From Auanema rhodensis (lineage: Eukaryota > Animalia > Nematoda): a DNA stretch of 64,000 bases. Under the pieces are notes generated by a model, which saw nothing but the letters and a program-made list of their open reading frames with translations, did no database searches and had not been told where the DNA came from. The stretch spans positions 2,914,001 through 2,978,000 of the forward strand of contig OZ059899.1 of NCBI GenBank assembly GCA_964057225.1. The letters are read 5' to 3'. Position numbers and translations under genes: made by a program. This document shows positions 50,501 through 64,000 of the stretch, in pieces. Numbering within the stretch: position 1 is the first letter of the stretch; the number at the start of each line of letters is the position of its first letter.

Positions 50501-53500
50501 TTCGAAAAAATTTTTGTCAAAATGTTTTTGGAAGCAATGTTGAGTGTACATGGAAACTCAACATACACTAATGCATCATTTTTCAAACGATCATAACTAA
50601 TTTTTGTATTAAGCGTTTCTCAATGTAGTATAGTGCATTCGATGCGGATTTTTAAGCTGCGTCGATCTGTGTTATCAGATTTGCGCTAGCTTAAAAATGC
50701 ACCGAGATATCAACTGATATAAGTTCACACATATATACCCGATTTTCACCCTGAAGAATTAATTTTTTCGTTGAATAACATTGTCCATCGTTTTTGCCTT
50801 GAAAAAAGGAATCTAAAAACATCTACTTTTTGCTAAATTATTTTGAAATGTTTCGAAAAAATTTTTGTCAAAATGTTTTTGGAAGCAATGTTGAGTGTAC
50901 ATGGAAACTCAACATACACTAATGCATCATTTTTCAAACGATCATAACTAATTTTTGTATTAAGCGTTTCTCAATGTAGTATAGTGCATTCGATGCGGAT
51001 TTTTAAGCTGCGTCGATCTGTGTTATCAGATTTGCGCTAGCTTAAAAATGCACCGAGATATCAACTGATATAAGTTCACACTTATATCCTCGATTTTCAC
51101 CCTGAAGAAATAATTTTTTCGTTGAATAACATTGTCCATCGTCTTTGCCTTGAAAAAAGGAATCTAAAAACATCTACTTTTTGCTAAATTATTTTGAAAT
51201 TTTTCGAAAAAATTTTTGTCAAAATGTTTTTGGAAGCAATGTTGAGTGTACATGGAAACTCAACATACACTAATGCATCATTTTTCAAACGATCATAACT
51301 AATTTTTGTATTAAGCGTTTCTCAATGTAGTATAGTGCATTCGATGCGGATTTTTAAGCTGCGTCGATCTGTGTTATCAGATTTGCGCTAGCTTAAAAAT
51401 GCACCGAGATATCAACTGATATAAGTTCACACATATATACCCGATTTTCACCCTGAAGAATTAATTTTTTCGTTGAATAACATTGTCCATCGTTTTTGCC
51501 TTGAAAAAAGGAATCTAAAAACATCTACTTTTTGCTAAATTATTTTGAAATGTTTCGAAAAAATTTTTGTCAAAATGTTTTTGGAAGCAATGTTGAGTGT
51601 ACATGGAAACTCAACATACACTAATGCATCATTTTTCAAACGATCATAACTAATTTTTGTATTAAGCGTTTCTCAATGTAGTATAGTGCATTCGATGCGG
51701 ATTTTTAAGCTGCGTCGATCTGTGTTATCAGATTTGCGCTAGCTTAAAAATGCACCGAGATATCAACTGATATAAGTTCACACTTATATCCTCGATTTTC
51801 ACCCTGAAGAAATAATTTTTTCGTTGAATAACATTGTCCATCGTCTTTGCCTTGAAAAAAGGAATCTAAAAACATCTACTTTTTGCTAAATTATTTTGAA
51901 ATTTTTCGAAAAAATTTTTGTCAAAATGTTTTTGGAAGCAATGTTGAGTGTACATGGAAACTCAACATACACTAATGCATCATTTTTCAAACGATCATAA
52001 CTAATTTTTGTATTAAGCGTTTCTCAATGTAGTATAGTGCATTCGATGCGGATTTTTAAGCTGCGTCGATCTGTGTTATCAGATTTGCGCTAGCTTAAAA
52101 ATGCACCGAGATATCAACTGATATAAGTTCACACTTATATCCTCGATTTTCACCCTGAAGAAATAATTTTTTCGTTGAATAACATTGTCCATCGTCTTTG
52201 CCTTGAAAAAAGGAATCTAAAAACATCTACTTTTTGCTAAATTATTCTGAAATTTTTCGAAAAAATTTTTGTCAAAATGTTTTTGGAAGCAATGTTGAGT
52301 GTACATGGAAACTCAACATACACTAATGCATCATTTTTCAAACGATCATAACTAATTTTTGTATTAAGCGTTTCTCAATGTAGTATAGTGCATTCGATGC
52401 GGATTTTTAAGCTGCGTCGATCTGTGTTATCAGATTTGCGCTAGCTTAAAAATGCACCGAGATATCAACTGATATAAGTTCACACTTATATCCTCGATTT
52501 TCACCCTGAAGAATTAATTTTTTCGTTGAATAACATTGTCCATCGTCTTTGCCTCGAAAAATGGAATCTTAAAACATCTACTTTTTGCTAAATTATTTTG
52601 AAATTTTTCGAAAAAATTTTTGTCAAAATGTTTTTGGAAGCAATGTTGAGTGTACATGGAAACTCAACACACACTAATGCATCATTTTTCAAACGATCAT
52701 AACTAATTTTTGTATTAAGCGTTTCTCAATGTAGTATAGTGCATTCGATGCGGATTTTTAAGCTGCGTCGATCTGTGTTATCAGATTTGCGCTAGCTTAA
52801 AAATGCACCGAGATATCAACTGATATAAGTTCACACTTATATCCTCGATTTTCACCCTGAAGAATTAATTTTTTCGTTGAATAACATTGTCCATCGTCTT
52901 TGCCTCGAAAAATGGAATCTTAAAACATCTACTTTTTGCTAAATTATTTTGAAATTTTTCGAAAAAATTTTTGTCAAAATGTTTTTGGAAGCAATGTTGA
53001 GTGTACATGGAAACTCAACATACACTAATGCATCATTTTTCAAACGATCATAACTAATTTTTGTATTAAGCGTTTCTCAATGTAGTATAGTGCATTCGAT
53101 GCGGATTTTTAAGCTGCGTCGATCTGTGTTATCAGATTTGCGCTAGCTTAAAAATGCACCGAGATATCAACTGATATAAGTTCACACATATATACCCGAT
53201 TTTCACCCTGAAGAATTAATTTTTTCGTTGAATAACATTGTCCATCGTTTTTGCCTTGAAAAAAGGAATCTAAAAACATCTACTTTTTGCTAAATTATTT
53301 TGAAATGTTTCGAAAAAATTTTTGTCAAAATGTTTTTGGAAGCAATGTTGAGTGTACATGGAAACTCAACATACACTAATGCATCATTTTTCAAACGATC
53401 ATAACTAATTTTTGTATTAAGCGTTTCTCAATGTAGTATAGTGCATTCGATGCGGATTTTTAAGCTGCGTCGATCTGTGTTATCAGATTTGCGCTAGCTT

Positions 53501-56500
53501 AAAAATGCACCGAGATATCAACTGATATAAGTTCACACTTATATCCTCGATTTTCACCCTGAAGAAATAATTTTTTCGTTGAATAACATTGTCCATCGTC
53601 TTTGCCTTGAAAAAAGGAATCTAAAAACATCTACTTTTTGCTAAATTATTTTGAAATTTTTCGAAAAAATTTTTGTCAAAATGTTTTTGGAAGCAATGTT
53701 GAGTGTACATGGAAACTCAACATACACTAATGCATCATTTTTCAAACGATCATAACTAATTTTTGTATTAAGCGTTTCTCAATGTAGTATAGTGCATTCG
53801 ATGCGGATTTTTAAGCTGCGTCGATCTGTGTTATCAGATTTGCGCTAGCTTAAAAATGCACCGAGATATCAACTGATATAAGTTCACACATATATACCCG
53901 ATTTTCACCCTGAAGAATTAATTTTTTCGTTGAATAACATTGTCCATCGTTTTTGCCTTGAAAAAAGGAATCTAAAAACATCTACTTTTTGCTAAATTAT
54001 TTTGAAATGTTTCGAAAAAATTTTTGTCAAAATGTTTTTGGAAGCAATGTTGAGTGTACATGGAAACTCAACATACACTAATGCATCATTTTTCAAACGA
54101 TCATAACTAATTTTTGTATTAAGCGTTTCTCAATGTAGTATAGTGCATTCGATGCGGATTTTTAAGCTGCGTCGATCTGTGTTATCAGATTTGCGCTAGC
54201 TTAAAAATGCACCGAGATATCAACTGATATAAGTTCACACTTATATCCTCGATTTTCACCCTGAAGAAATAATTTTTTCGTTGAATAACATTGTCCATCG
54301 TCTTTGCCTTGAAAAAAGGAATCTAAAAACATCTACTTTTTGCTAAATTATTTTGAAATTTTTCGAAAAAATTTTTGTCAAAATGTTTTTGGAAGCAATG
54401 TTGAGTGTACATGGAAACTCAACATACACTAATGCATCATTTTTCAAACGATCATAACTAATTTTTGTATTAAGCGTTTCTCAATGTAGTATAGTGCATT
54501 CGATGCGGATTTTTAAGCTGCGTCGATCTGTGTTATCAGATTTGCGCTAGCTTAAAAATGCACCGAGATATCAACTGATATAAGTTCACACATATATACC
54601 CGATTTTCACCCTGAAGAATTAATTTTTTCGTTGAATAACATTGTCCATCGTTTTTGCCTTGAAAAAAGGAATCTAAAAACATCTACTTTTTGCTAAATT
54701 ATTTTGAAATGTTTCGAAAAAATTTTTGTCAAAATGTTTTTGGAAGCAATGTTGAGTGTACATGGAAACTCAACATACACTAATGCATCATTTTTCAAAC
54801 GATCATAACTAATTTTTGTATTAAGCGTTTCTCAATGTAGTATAGTGCATTCGATGCGGATTTTTAAGCTGCGTCGATCTGTGTTATCAGATTTGCGCTA
54901 GCTTAAAAATGCACCGAGATATCAACTGATATAAGTTCACACTTATATCCTCGATTTTCACCCTGAAGAAATAATTTTTTCGTTGAATAACATTGTCCAT
55001 CGTCTTTGCCTTGAAAAAAGGAATCTAAAAACATCTACTTTTTGCTAAATTATTTTGAAATTTTTCGAAAAAATTTTTGTCAAAATGTTTTTGGAAGCAA
55101 TGTTGAGTGTACATGGAAACTCAACATACACTAATGCATCATTTTTCAAACGATCATAACTAATTTTTGTATTAAGCGTTTCTCAATGTAGTATAGTGCA
55201 TTCGATGCGGATTTTTAAGCTGCGTCGATCTGTGTTATCAGATTTGCGCTAGCTTAAAAATGCACCGAGATATCAACTGATATAAGTTCACACTTATATC
55301 CTCGATTTTCACCCTGAAGAAATAATTTTTTCGTTGAATAACATTGTCCATCGTCTTTGCCTTGAAAAAAGGAATCTAAAAACATCTACTTTTTGCTAAA
55401 TTATTCTGAAATTTTTCGAAAAAATTTTTGTCAAAATGTTTTTGGAAGCAATGTTGAGTGTACATGGAAACTCAACATACACTAATGCATCATTTTTCAA
55501 ACGATCATAACTAATTTTTGTATTAAGCGTTTCTCAATGTAGTATAGTGCATTCGATGCGGATTTTTAAGCTGCGTCGATCTGTGTTATCAGATTTGCGC
55601 TAGCTTAAAAATGCACCGAGATATCAACTGATATAAGTTCACACTTATATCCTCGATTTTCACCCTGAAGAATTAATTTTTTCGTTGAATAACATTGTCC
55701 ATCGTCTTTGCCTCGAAAAATGGAATCTTAAAACATCTACTTTTTGCTAAATTATTTTGAAATTTTTCGAAAAAATTTTTGTCAAAATGTTTTTGGAAGC
55801 AATGTTGAGTGTACATGGAAACTCAACACACACTAATGCATCATTTTTCAAACGATCATAACTAATTTTTGTATTAAGCGTTTCTCAATGTAGTATAGTG
55901 CATTCGATGCGGATTTTTAAGCTGCGTCGATCTGTGTTATCAGATTTGCGCTAGCTTAAAAATGCACCGAGATATCAACTGATATAAGTTCACACTTATA
56001 TCCTCGATTTTCACCCTGAAGAATTAATTTTTTCGTTGAATAACATTGTCCATCGTCTTTGCCTCGAAAAATGGAATCTTAAAACATCTACTTTTTGCTA
56101 AATTATTTTGAAATTTTTCGAAAAAATTTTTGTCAAAATGTTTTTGGAAGCAATGTTGAGTGTACATGGAAACTCAACATACACTAATGCATCATTTTTC
56201 AAACGATCATAACTAATTTTTGTATTAAGCGTTTCTCAATGTAGTATAGTGCATTCGATGCGGATTTTTAAGCTGCGTCGATCTGTGTTATCAGATTTGC
56301 GCTAGCTTAAAAATGCACCGAGATATCAACTGATATAAGTTCACACATATATACCCGATTTTCACCCTGAAGAATTAATTTTTTCGTTGAATAACATTGT
56401 CCATCGTTTTTGCCTTGAAAAAAGGAATCTAAAAACATCTACTTTTTGCTAAATTATTTTGAAATGTTTCGAAAAAATTTTTGTCAAAATGTTTTTGGAA

Positions 56501-59500
56501 GCAATGTTGAGTGTACATGGAAACTCAACATACACTAATGCATCATTTTTCAAACGATCATAACTAATTTTTGTATTAAGCGTTTCTCAATGTAGTATAG
56601 TGCATTCGATGCGGATTTTTAAGCTGCGTCGATCTGTGTTATCAGATTTGCGCTAGCTTAAAAATGCACCGAGATATCAACTGATATAAGTTCACACTTA
56701 TATCCTCGATTTTCACCCTGAAGAAATAATTTTTTCGTTGAATAACATTGTCCATCGTCTTTGCCTTGAAAAAAGGAATCTAAAAACATCTACTTTTTGC
56801 TAAATTATTTTGAAATTTTTCGAAAAAATTTTTGTCAAAATGTTTTTGGAAGCAATGTTGAGTGTACATGGAAACTCAACATACACTAATGCATCATTTT
56901 TCAAACGATCATAACTAATTTTTGTATTAAGCGTTTCTCAATGTAATATAGTGCATTCGATGCGGATTTTTAAGCTGCGTCGATCTGTGTTATCAGATTT
57001 GCGCTAGCTTAAAAATGCACCGAGATATCAACTGATATAAGTTCACACTTATATCCTCGATTTTCACCCTGAAGAATTAATTTTTTCGTTGAATAACATT
57101 GTCCATCGTCTTTGCCTTGAAAAATGGAATCTAAAAACATCTACTTTTTGCTAAATTATTTTGAAATTTTTCGAAAAAATTTTTGTCAAAATGTTTTTGG
57201 AAGCAATGTTGAGTGTACATGGAAACTCAACATACACTAATGCATCATTTTTCAAACGATCATAACTAATTTTTGTATTAAGCGTTTCTCAATGTAGTAT
57301 AGTGCATTCGATGCGGATTTTTAAGCTGCGTCGATCTGTGTTATCAGATTTGCGCTAGCTTAAAAATGCACCGAGATATCAACTGATATAAGTTCACACT
57401 TATATCCTCGATTTTCACCCTGAAGAAATAATTTTTTCGTTGAATAACTTTGTCCATCGTCTTTGCCTTGAAAAAAGGAATCTAAAAACATCTACTTTTT
57501 GCTAAATTATTTTGAAATTTTTCGAAAAAATTTTTGTCAAAATGTTTTTGGAAGCAATGTTGAGTGTACATGGAAACTCAACATACACTAATGCATCATT
57601 TTTCAAACGATCATAACTAATTTTTGTATCAAGTGTTTCTCAATGTAGTATAGTGCATTCGATGCGGATTTTTAAGCTGCGTCGATCTGTGTTATCAGAT
57701 TTGCGCTAGCTTAAAAATGCACCGAGATATCAACTGATATAAGTTCACACTTATATCCTCGATTTTCACCCTGAAGAATTAATTTTTTCGTTGAATAACA
57801 TTGTCTATCGTCTTTGCCTTGAGAAATGGAATCTAAAAACATCTACTTTTTGCTAAATTATTTTGAAATTTTTCGAAAAAATTTTTGTCAAAATGTTTTT
57901 GGAAGCAATGTTGAGTGTACATGGAAACTCAACATACACTAATGCATCATTTTTCAAACGATCATAACTAATTTTTGTATTAAGCGTTTCTCAATGTAGT
58001 ATAGTGCATTCGATGCGGATTTTTAAGCTGCGTCGATCTGTGTTATCAGATTTGCGCTAGCTTAAAAATGCACCGAGATATCAACTGATATAAGTTCACA
58101 CTTATATCCTCGATTTTCACCCTGAAGAAATAATTTTTTCGTTGAATAACATTGTCCATCGTCTTTGCCTTGAAAAATGGAATCTAAAAACATCTACTTT
58201 TTGCTAAATTATTTTGAAATTTTTCGAAAAAATTTTTGTCAAAATGTTTTTGGAAGCAATGTTGAGTGTACATGGAAACTCAACATACACTAATGCATCA
58301 TTTTTCAAACGATCATAACTAATTTTTGTATTAAGCGTTTCTCAATGTAGTATAGTGCATTCGATGCGGATTTTTAAGCTGCGTCGATCTGTGTTATCAG
58401 ATTTGCGCTAGCTTAAAAATGCACCGAGATATCAACTGATATAAGTTCACACTTATATCCTCGATTTTCACCCTGAAGAAATAATTTTTTCGTTGAATAA
58501 CTTTGTCCATCGTCTTTGCCTTGAAAAAAGGAATCTAAAAACATCTACTTTTTGCTAAATTATTTTGAAATTTTTCGAAAAAATTTTTGTCAAAATGTTT
58601 TTGGAAGCAATGTTGAGTGTACATGGAAACTCAACATACACTAATGCATCATTTTTCAAACGATCATAACTAATTTTTGTATCAAGTGTTTCTCAATGTA
58701 GTATAGTGCATTCGATGCGGATTTTTAAGCTGCGTCGATCTGTGTTATCAGATTTGCGCTAGCTTAAAAATGCACCGAGATATCAACTGATATAAGTTCA
58801 CACTTATATCCTCGATTTTCACCCTGAAGAATTAATTTTTTCGTTGAATAACATTGTCTATCGTCTTTGCCTTGAGAAATGGAATCTAAAAACATCTACT
58901 TTTTGCTAAATTATTTTGAAATTTTTCGAAAAAATTTTTGTCAAAATGTTTTTGGAAGCAATGTTGAGTGTACATGGAAACTCAACATACACTAATGCAT
59001 CATTTTTCAAACGATCATAACTAATTTTTGTATTAAGCGTTTCTCAATGTAGTATAGTGCATTCGATGCGGATTTTTAAGCTGCGTCGATCTGTGTTATC
59101 AGATTTGCGCTAGCTTAAAAATGCACCGAGATATCAACTGATATAAGTTCACACTTATATCCTCGATTTTCACCCTGAAGAATTAATTTTCTTGTTGAAT
59201 AACATTGTCTATCGTCTTTGCCTCGAAAAATGGAATCTAAAAACAGCTACTTTTTGCTAAATTATTCTGAAATTTTTCAAAAAAATTTTTGTCAAAATGT
59301 TTTTGGAAACAATGTTGAGTGTACATGGAAACTCAACATACACTAATGCATCATTTTTCAAACGATCATAACTAATTTTTGTATTAAGCGTTTCTCAATG
59401 TAGTATAGTGCATTCGATGCGGATTTTTAAGCTGCGTCGATCTGTGTTATCAGATTTGCGCTAGCTTAAAAATGCACCGAGATATCAACTGATATAAGTT

Positions 59501-62500
59501 CACACTTATATCCTCGATTTTCACCCTGAAGAAATAATTTTTTCGTTGAATAACATTGTCCATCGTCTTTGCCTTGAAAAATGGAATCTAAAAACAGCTA
59601 CTTTTTGCTAAATTATTCTGAAATTTTTCAAAAAAATTTTTGTCAAAATGTTTTTGGAAACAATGTTGAGTGTACATGGAAACTCAACATACACTAATGC
59701 ATCATTTTTCAAACAATCATAACTAATTTTTGTATTAAGCGTTTCTCAATGTAGTATAGTGCATTCGATGCGGATTTTCAAGCTGCGTCGATCTGTGTTA
59801 TCAGATTTGCGCTAGCTTAAAAATGCACCGAGATATCAACTGATATAAGTTCACACATATATACCCGATTTTCACCCTGAAGAATTAATTTTTTCGTTGA
59901 ATAACATTGTCCATCGTTTTTGCCTTGAAAAAAGGAATCTAAAAACATCTACTTTTTGCTAAATTATTTTGAAATGTTTCGAAAAAATTTTTGTCAAAAT
60001 GTTTTTGGAAGCAATGTTGAGTGTACATGGAAACTCAACATACACTAATGCATCATTTTTCAAACGATCATAACTAATTTTTGTATTAAGCGTTTCTCAA
60101 TGTAGTATAGTGCATTCGATGCGGATTTTTAAGCTGCGTCGATCTGTGTAATCAGATTTGCGCTAGCTTAAAAATGCACCGAGATATCAACTGATATAAG
60201 TTCACACTTATATCCTCGATTTTCACCCTGAAGAAATAATTTTTTCGTTGAATAACATTGTCCATCGTCTTTGCCTTGAAAAATGGAATCTAAAAACATC
60301 TACTTTTTGCTAAATTATTTTGAAAATTTTCGAAAAAATTTTTGTCAAAATGTTTTTGGAAGCAATGTTGAGTGTACATGGAAACTCAACATACACTAAT
60401 GCATCATTTTTCAAACGATCATAACTAATTTTTGTATTAAGCGTTTCTCAATGTAATATAGTGCATTCGATGCGGATTTTTAAGCTGCGTCGATCTGTGT
60501 TATCAGATTTGCGCTAGCTTAAAAATGCACCGAGATATCAACTGATATAAGTTCACACTTATATCCTCGATTTTCACCCTGAAGAAATAATTTTTTCGTT
60601 GAATAACATTGTCCATCGTCTTTGCCTTGAAAAAAGGAATCTAAAAACATCTACTTTTTGCTAAATTATTTTGAAATTTTTCGAAAAAATTTTTGTCAAA
60701 ATGTTTTTGGAAGCAATGTTGAGTGTACATGGAAACTCAACACACACTAATGCATCATTTTTCAAACGATCATAACTAATTTTTGTATTAAGCGTTTCTC
60801 AATGTAGTATAGTGCATTCGATGCGGATTTTTAAGCTGCGTCGATCTGTGTTATCAGATTTGCGCTAGCTTAAAAATGCACCGAGATATCAACTGATATA
60901 AGTTCACACTTATATCCTCGATTTTCACCCTGAAGAAATAATTTTTTCGTTGAATAACATTGTCCATCGTCTCTGCCTTGAAAAAAGGAATCTAAAAACA
61001 TCTACTTTTTGCTAAATTATTCTGAAATTTTTCGAAAAAATTTTTGTCAAAATGTTTTTGGAAGCAATGTTGAGTGTACATGGAAACTCAACATACACTA
61101 ATGCATCATTTTTCAAACGATCATAACTAAATTTTTGTATTAAGCGTTTCTCAATGTAGTATAGTGCATTCGATGCGGATTTTTAAGCTGCGTCGATCTG
61201 TGTTATCAGATTTGCGCTAGCTTAAAAATGCACCGAGATATCAACTGATATAAGTTCACACATATATACCCGATTTTCACCCTGAAGAATTAATTTTTTC
61301 GTTGAATAACATTGTCCATCGTTTTTGCCTTGAAAAAAGGAATCTAAAAACATCTACTTTTTGCTAAATTATTTTGAAATGTTTCGAAAAAATTTTTGTC
61401 AAAATGTTTTTGGAAGCAATGTTGAGTGTACATGGAAACTCAACATACACTAATGCATCATTTTTCAAACGATCATAACTAATTTTTGTATTAAGCGTTT
61501 CTCAATGTAATATAGTGCATTCGATGCGGATTTTTAAGCTGCGTCGATCTGTGTTATCAGATTTGCGCTAGCTTAAAAATGCACCGAGATATCAACTGAT
61601 ATAAGTTCACACTTATATCCTCGATTTTCACCCTGAAGAAATAATTTTTTCGTTGAATAACATTGTCCATCGTCTTTGCCTTGAAAAAAGGAATCTAAAA
61701 ACATCTACTTTTTGCTAAATTATTTTGAAATTTTTCGAAAAAATTTTTGTCAAAATGTTTTTGGAAGCAATGTTGAGTGTACATGGAAACTCAACACACA
61801 CTAATGCATCATTTTTCAAACGATCATAACTAATTTTTGTATTAAGCGTTTCTCAATGTAGTATAGTGCATTCGATGCGGATTTTTAAGCTGCGTCGATC
61901 TGTGTTATCAGATTTGCGCTAGCTTAAAAATGCACCGAGATATCAACTGATATAAGTTCACACTTATATCCTCGATTTTCACCCTGAAGAAATTATTTTT
62001 TCGTTGAATAACATTGTCCATCGTCTTTGCCTTGAAAAAAGGAATCTAAAAACATCTACTTTTTGCTAAATTATTCTGAAATTTTTCGAAAAAATTTTTG
62101 TCAAAATGTTTTTGGAAGCAATGTTGAGTGTACATGGAAACTCAACATACACTAATGCATCATTTTTCAAACGATCATAACTAATTTTTGTATTAAGCGT
62201 TTCTCAATGTAGTATAGTGCATTCGATGCGGATTTTTAAGCTGCGTCGATCTGTGTTATCAGATTTGCGCTAGCTTAAAAATGCACCGAGATATCAACTG
62301 ATATAAGTTCACACATATATACCCGATTTTCACCCTGAAGAATTAATTTTTTCGTTGAATAACATTGTCCATCGTTTTTGCCTTGAAAAAAGGAATCTAA
62401 AAACATCTACTTTTTGCTAAATTATTTTGAAATGTTTCGAAAAAATTTTTGTCAAAATGTTTTTGGAAGCAATGTTGAGTGTACATGGAAACTCAACATA

Positions 62501-62627
62501 CACTAATGCATCATTTTTCAAACGATCATAACTAATTTTTGTATTAAGCGTTTCTCAATGTAGTATAGTGCATTCGATGCGGATTTTTAAGCTGCGTCGA
62601 TCTGTGTAATCAGATTTGCGCTAGCTT
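47532..62627 (+). repeat. Satellite subfamily region marked by the 'cacatatatacccg' haplotype, with a 9-mer (3159 bp) duplication and 3-mer and 7-mer periodicities
   Basis: The marker haplotype first appears near 47570 and last near 62315. 'cctcgaaaaatggaatctta' is at 52555 and 55714 (3159 = 9 x 351). 'aataactttgt' is near 57448 and 58501 (1053). 'tgtgtaatc' is at 60150 and 62608 (7 x 351 + 1). Confidence 0.82.
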
Positions 62628-64000
62628 AAAAATGCACCGAGATATCAACTGATATAAGTTCACACTTATATCCTCGATTTTCACCCTGAAGAAATAATTT
62701 TTTCGTTGAATAACATTGTCCATCGTCTTTGCCTTGAAAAATGGAATCTAAAAACATCTACTTTTTGCTAAATTATTTTGAAATTTTTCGAAAAAATTTT
62801 TGTCAAAATGTTTTTGGAAGCAATGTTGAGTGTACATGGAAACTCAACATACACTAATGCATCATTTTTCAAACGATCATAACTAATTTTTGTATTAAGC
62901 GTTTCTCAATGTAGTATAGTGCATTCGATGCGGATTTTTAAGCTGCGTCGATCTGTGTTATCAGATTTGCGCTAGCTTAAAAATGCACCGAGATATCAAC
63001 TGATATAAGTTCACACTTATATCCTCGATTTTCACCCTGAAGAAATAATTTTTTCGTTGAATAACATTGTCCATCGTCTTTGCCTTGAAAAAAGAAATCT
63101 AAAAACATCTACTTTTTGCTAAATTATTTTGAAATTTTTCGAAAAAATTTTTGTCAAAATGTTTTTGGAAGCAATGTTGAGTGTACATGGAAACTCAACA
63201 TACACTAATGCATCATTTTTCAAACGATCATAACTAATTTTTGTATTAAGCGTTTCTCAATGTAGTATAGTGCATTCGATGCGGATTTTTAAGCTGCGTC
63301 GATCTGTGTTATCAGATTTGCGCTAGCTTAAAAATGCACCGAGATATCAACTGATATAAGTTCACACTTATATCCTCGATTTTCACCCTGAAGAAATAAT
63401 TTTTTCGTTGAATAACATTGTCCATCGTCTTTGCCTTGAAAAAAGGAATCTAAAAACATCTACTTTTTGCTAAATTATTCTGAAATTTTTCGAAAAAATT
63501 TTTGTCAAAATGTTTTTGGAAGCAATGTTGAGTGTACATGGAAACTCAACATACACTAATGCATCATTTTTCAAACGATCATAACTAATTTTTGTATTAA
63601 GCGTTTCTCAATGTAGTATAGTGCATTCGATGCGGATTTTTAAGCTGCGTCGATCTGTGTTATCAGATTTGCGCTAGCTTAAAAATGCACCGAGATATCA
63701 ACTGATATAAGTTCACACTTATATCCTCGATTTTCACCCTGAAGAAATAATTTTTTTGTTGAATAACATTGTCCATCGTCTTTGCCTTGAAAAATGGAAT
63801 CTAAAAACATCTACTTTTTGCTAAATTATTTTGAAATTTTTCGAAAAAATTTTTGTCAAAATGTTTTTGGAAGCAATGTTGAGTGTACATGGAAACTCAA
63901 CATACACTAATGCATCATTTTTCAAACGATCATAACTAATTTTTGTATTAAGCGTTTCTCAATGTAGTATAGTGCATTCGATGCGGATTTTTAAGCTGCG

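Larger units (their letters stand above)
1..64000. repeat. Tandem satellite DNA array, 351-bp AT-rich monomer, about 180 copies, extending beyond both window edges
   Basis: The monomer start 'ttaaaaatgcaccgagatatc' recurs at 1, 352, 703 ... 3511, 7021, 14041, 21061 (1+n*351). Copies differ by only a few substitutions. The only non-monomer sequence I found is 16 bp at 37349-37364. Confidence 0.99.
37365..64000 (+). repeat. Satellite domain 3, forward orientation
   Basis: Forward sequence resumes at monomer position 149 ('tattttgaaatttttcgagaaaa'). Rearranged units occur up to about 42970. After that the 351-bp phase is regular, with a 1-bp insertion near 61131. Confidence 0.97.

Noticed and set aside
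1-64000. CRISPR-like array with conserved palindromic repeats and variable segments
   Set aside because: There are no unique spacers. The whole 351 bp is repeated, variation is by point substitution, and no cas genes are present.

Overview
The whole 64-kb window is one AT-rich tandem satellite array of roughly 180 highly similar copies of a 351-bp monomer, most likely eukaryotic (peri)centromeric or heterochromatic DNA. I cannot identify the species or satellite family from the sequence alone. I see no credible genes, RNA genes, transposons or CRISPR arrays, and every ORF in the track is a by-product of the repeat. The interest lies in the architecture. The array runs forward (1-22790), inverted (22791-37348), then forward again (37365-64000). 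The inverted 14.6-kb block is not a simple inversion, because its left end mirrors the left flank (a multi-kb quasi-palindrome with a 158-bp spacer) and its right end mirrors the right flank. The second junction carries a 16-bp locally templated insertion resembling polymerase-theta end joining. Three rearranged monomers (242 bp, 104 bp, +116 bp) occur only between about 28 and 43 kb and have been amplified into new 1997-, 571- and 3468-bp higher-order units. Elsewhere, short higher-order repeats (2-, 3-, 4-, 7-, 9-mers) turn over every few kb. Each monomer contains four inverted repeats, including an imperfect hairpin of about 51 nt in one of its most conserved parts. Monomer positions below are numbered from the copy starting at window position 1. 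All alignments were done by eye.
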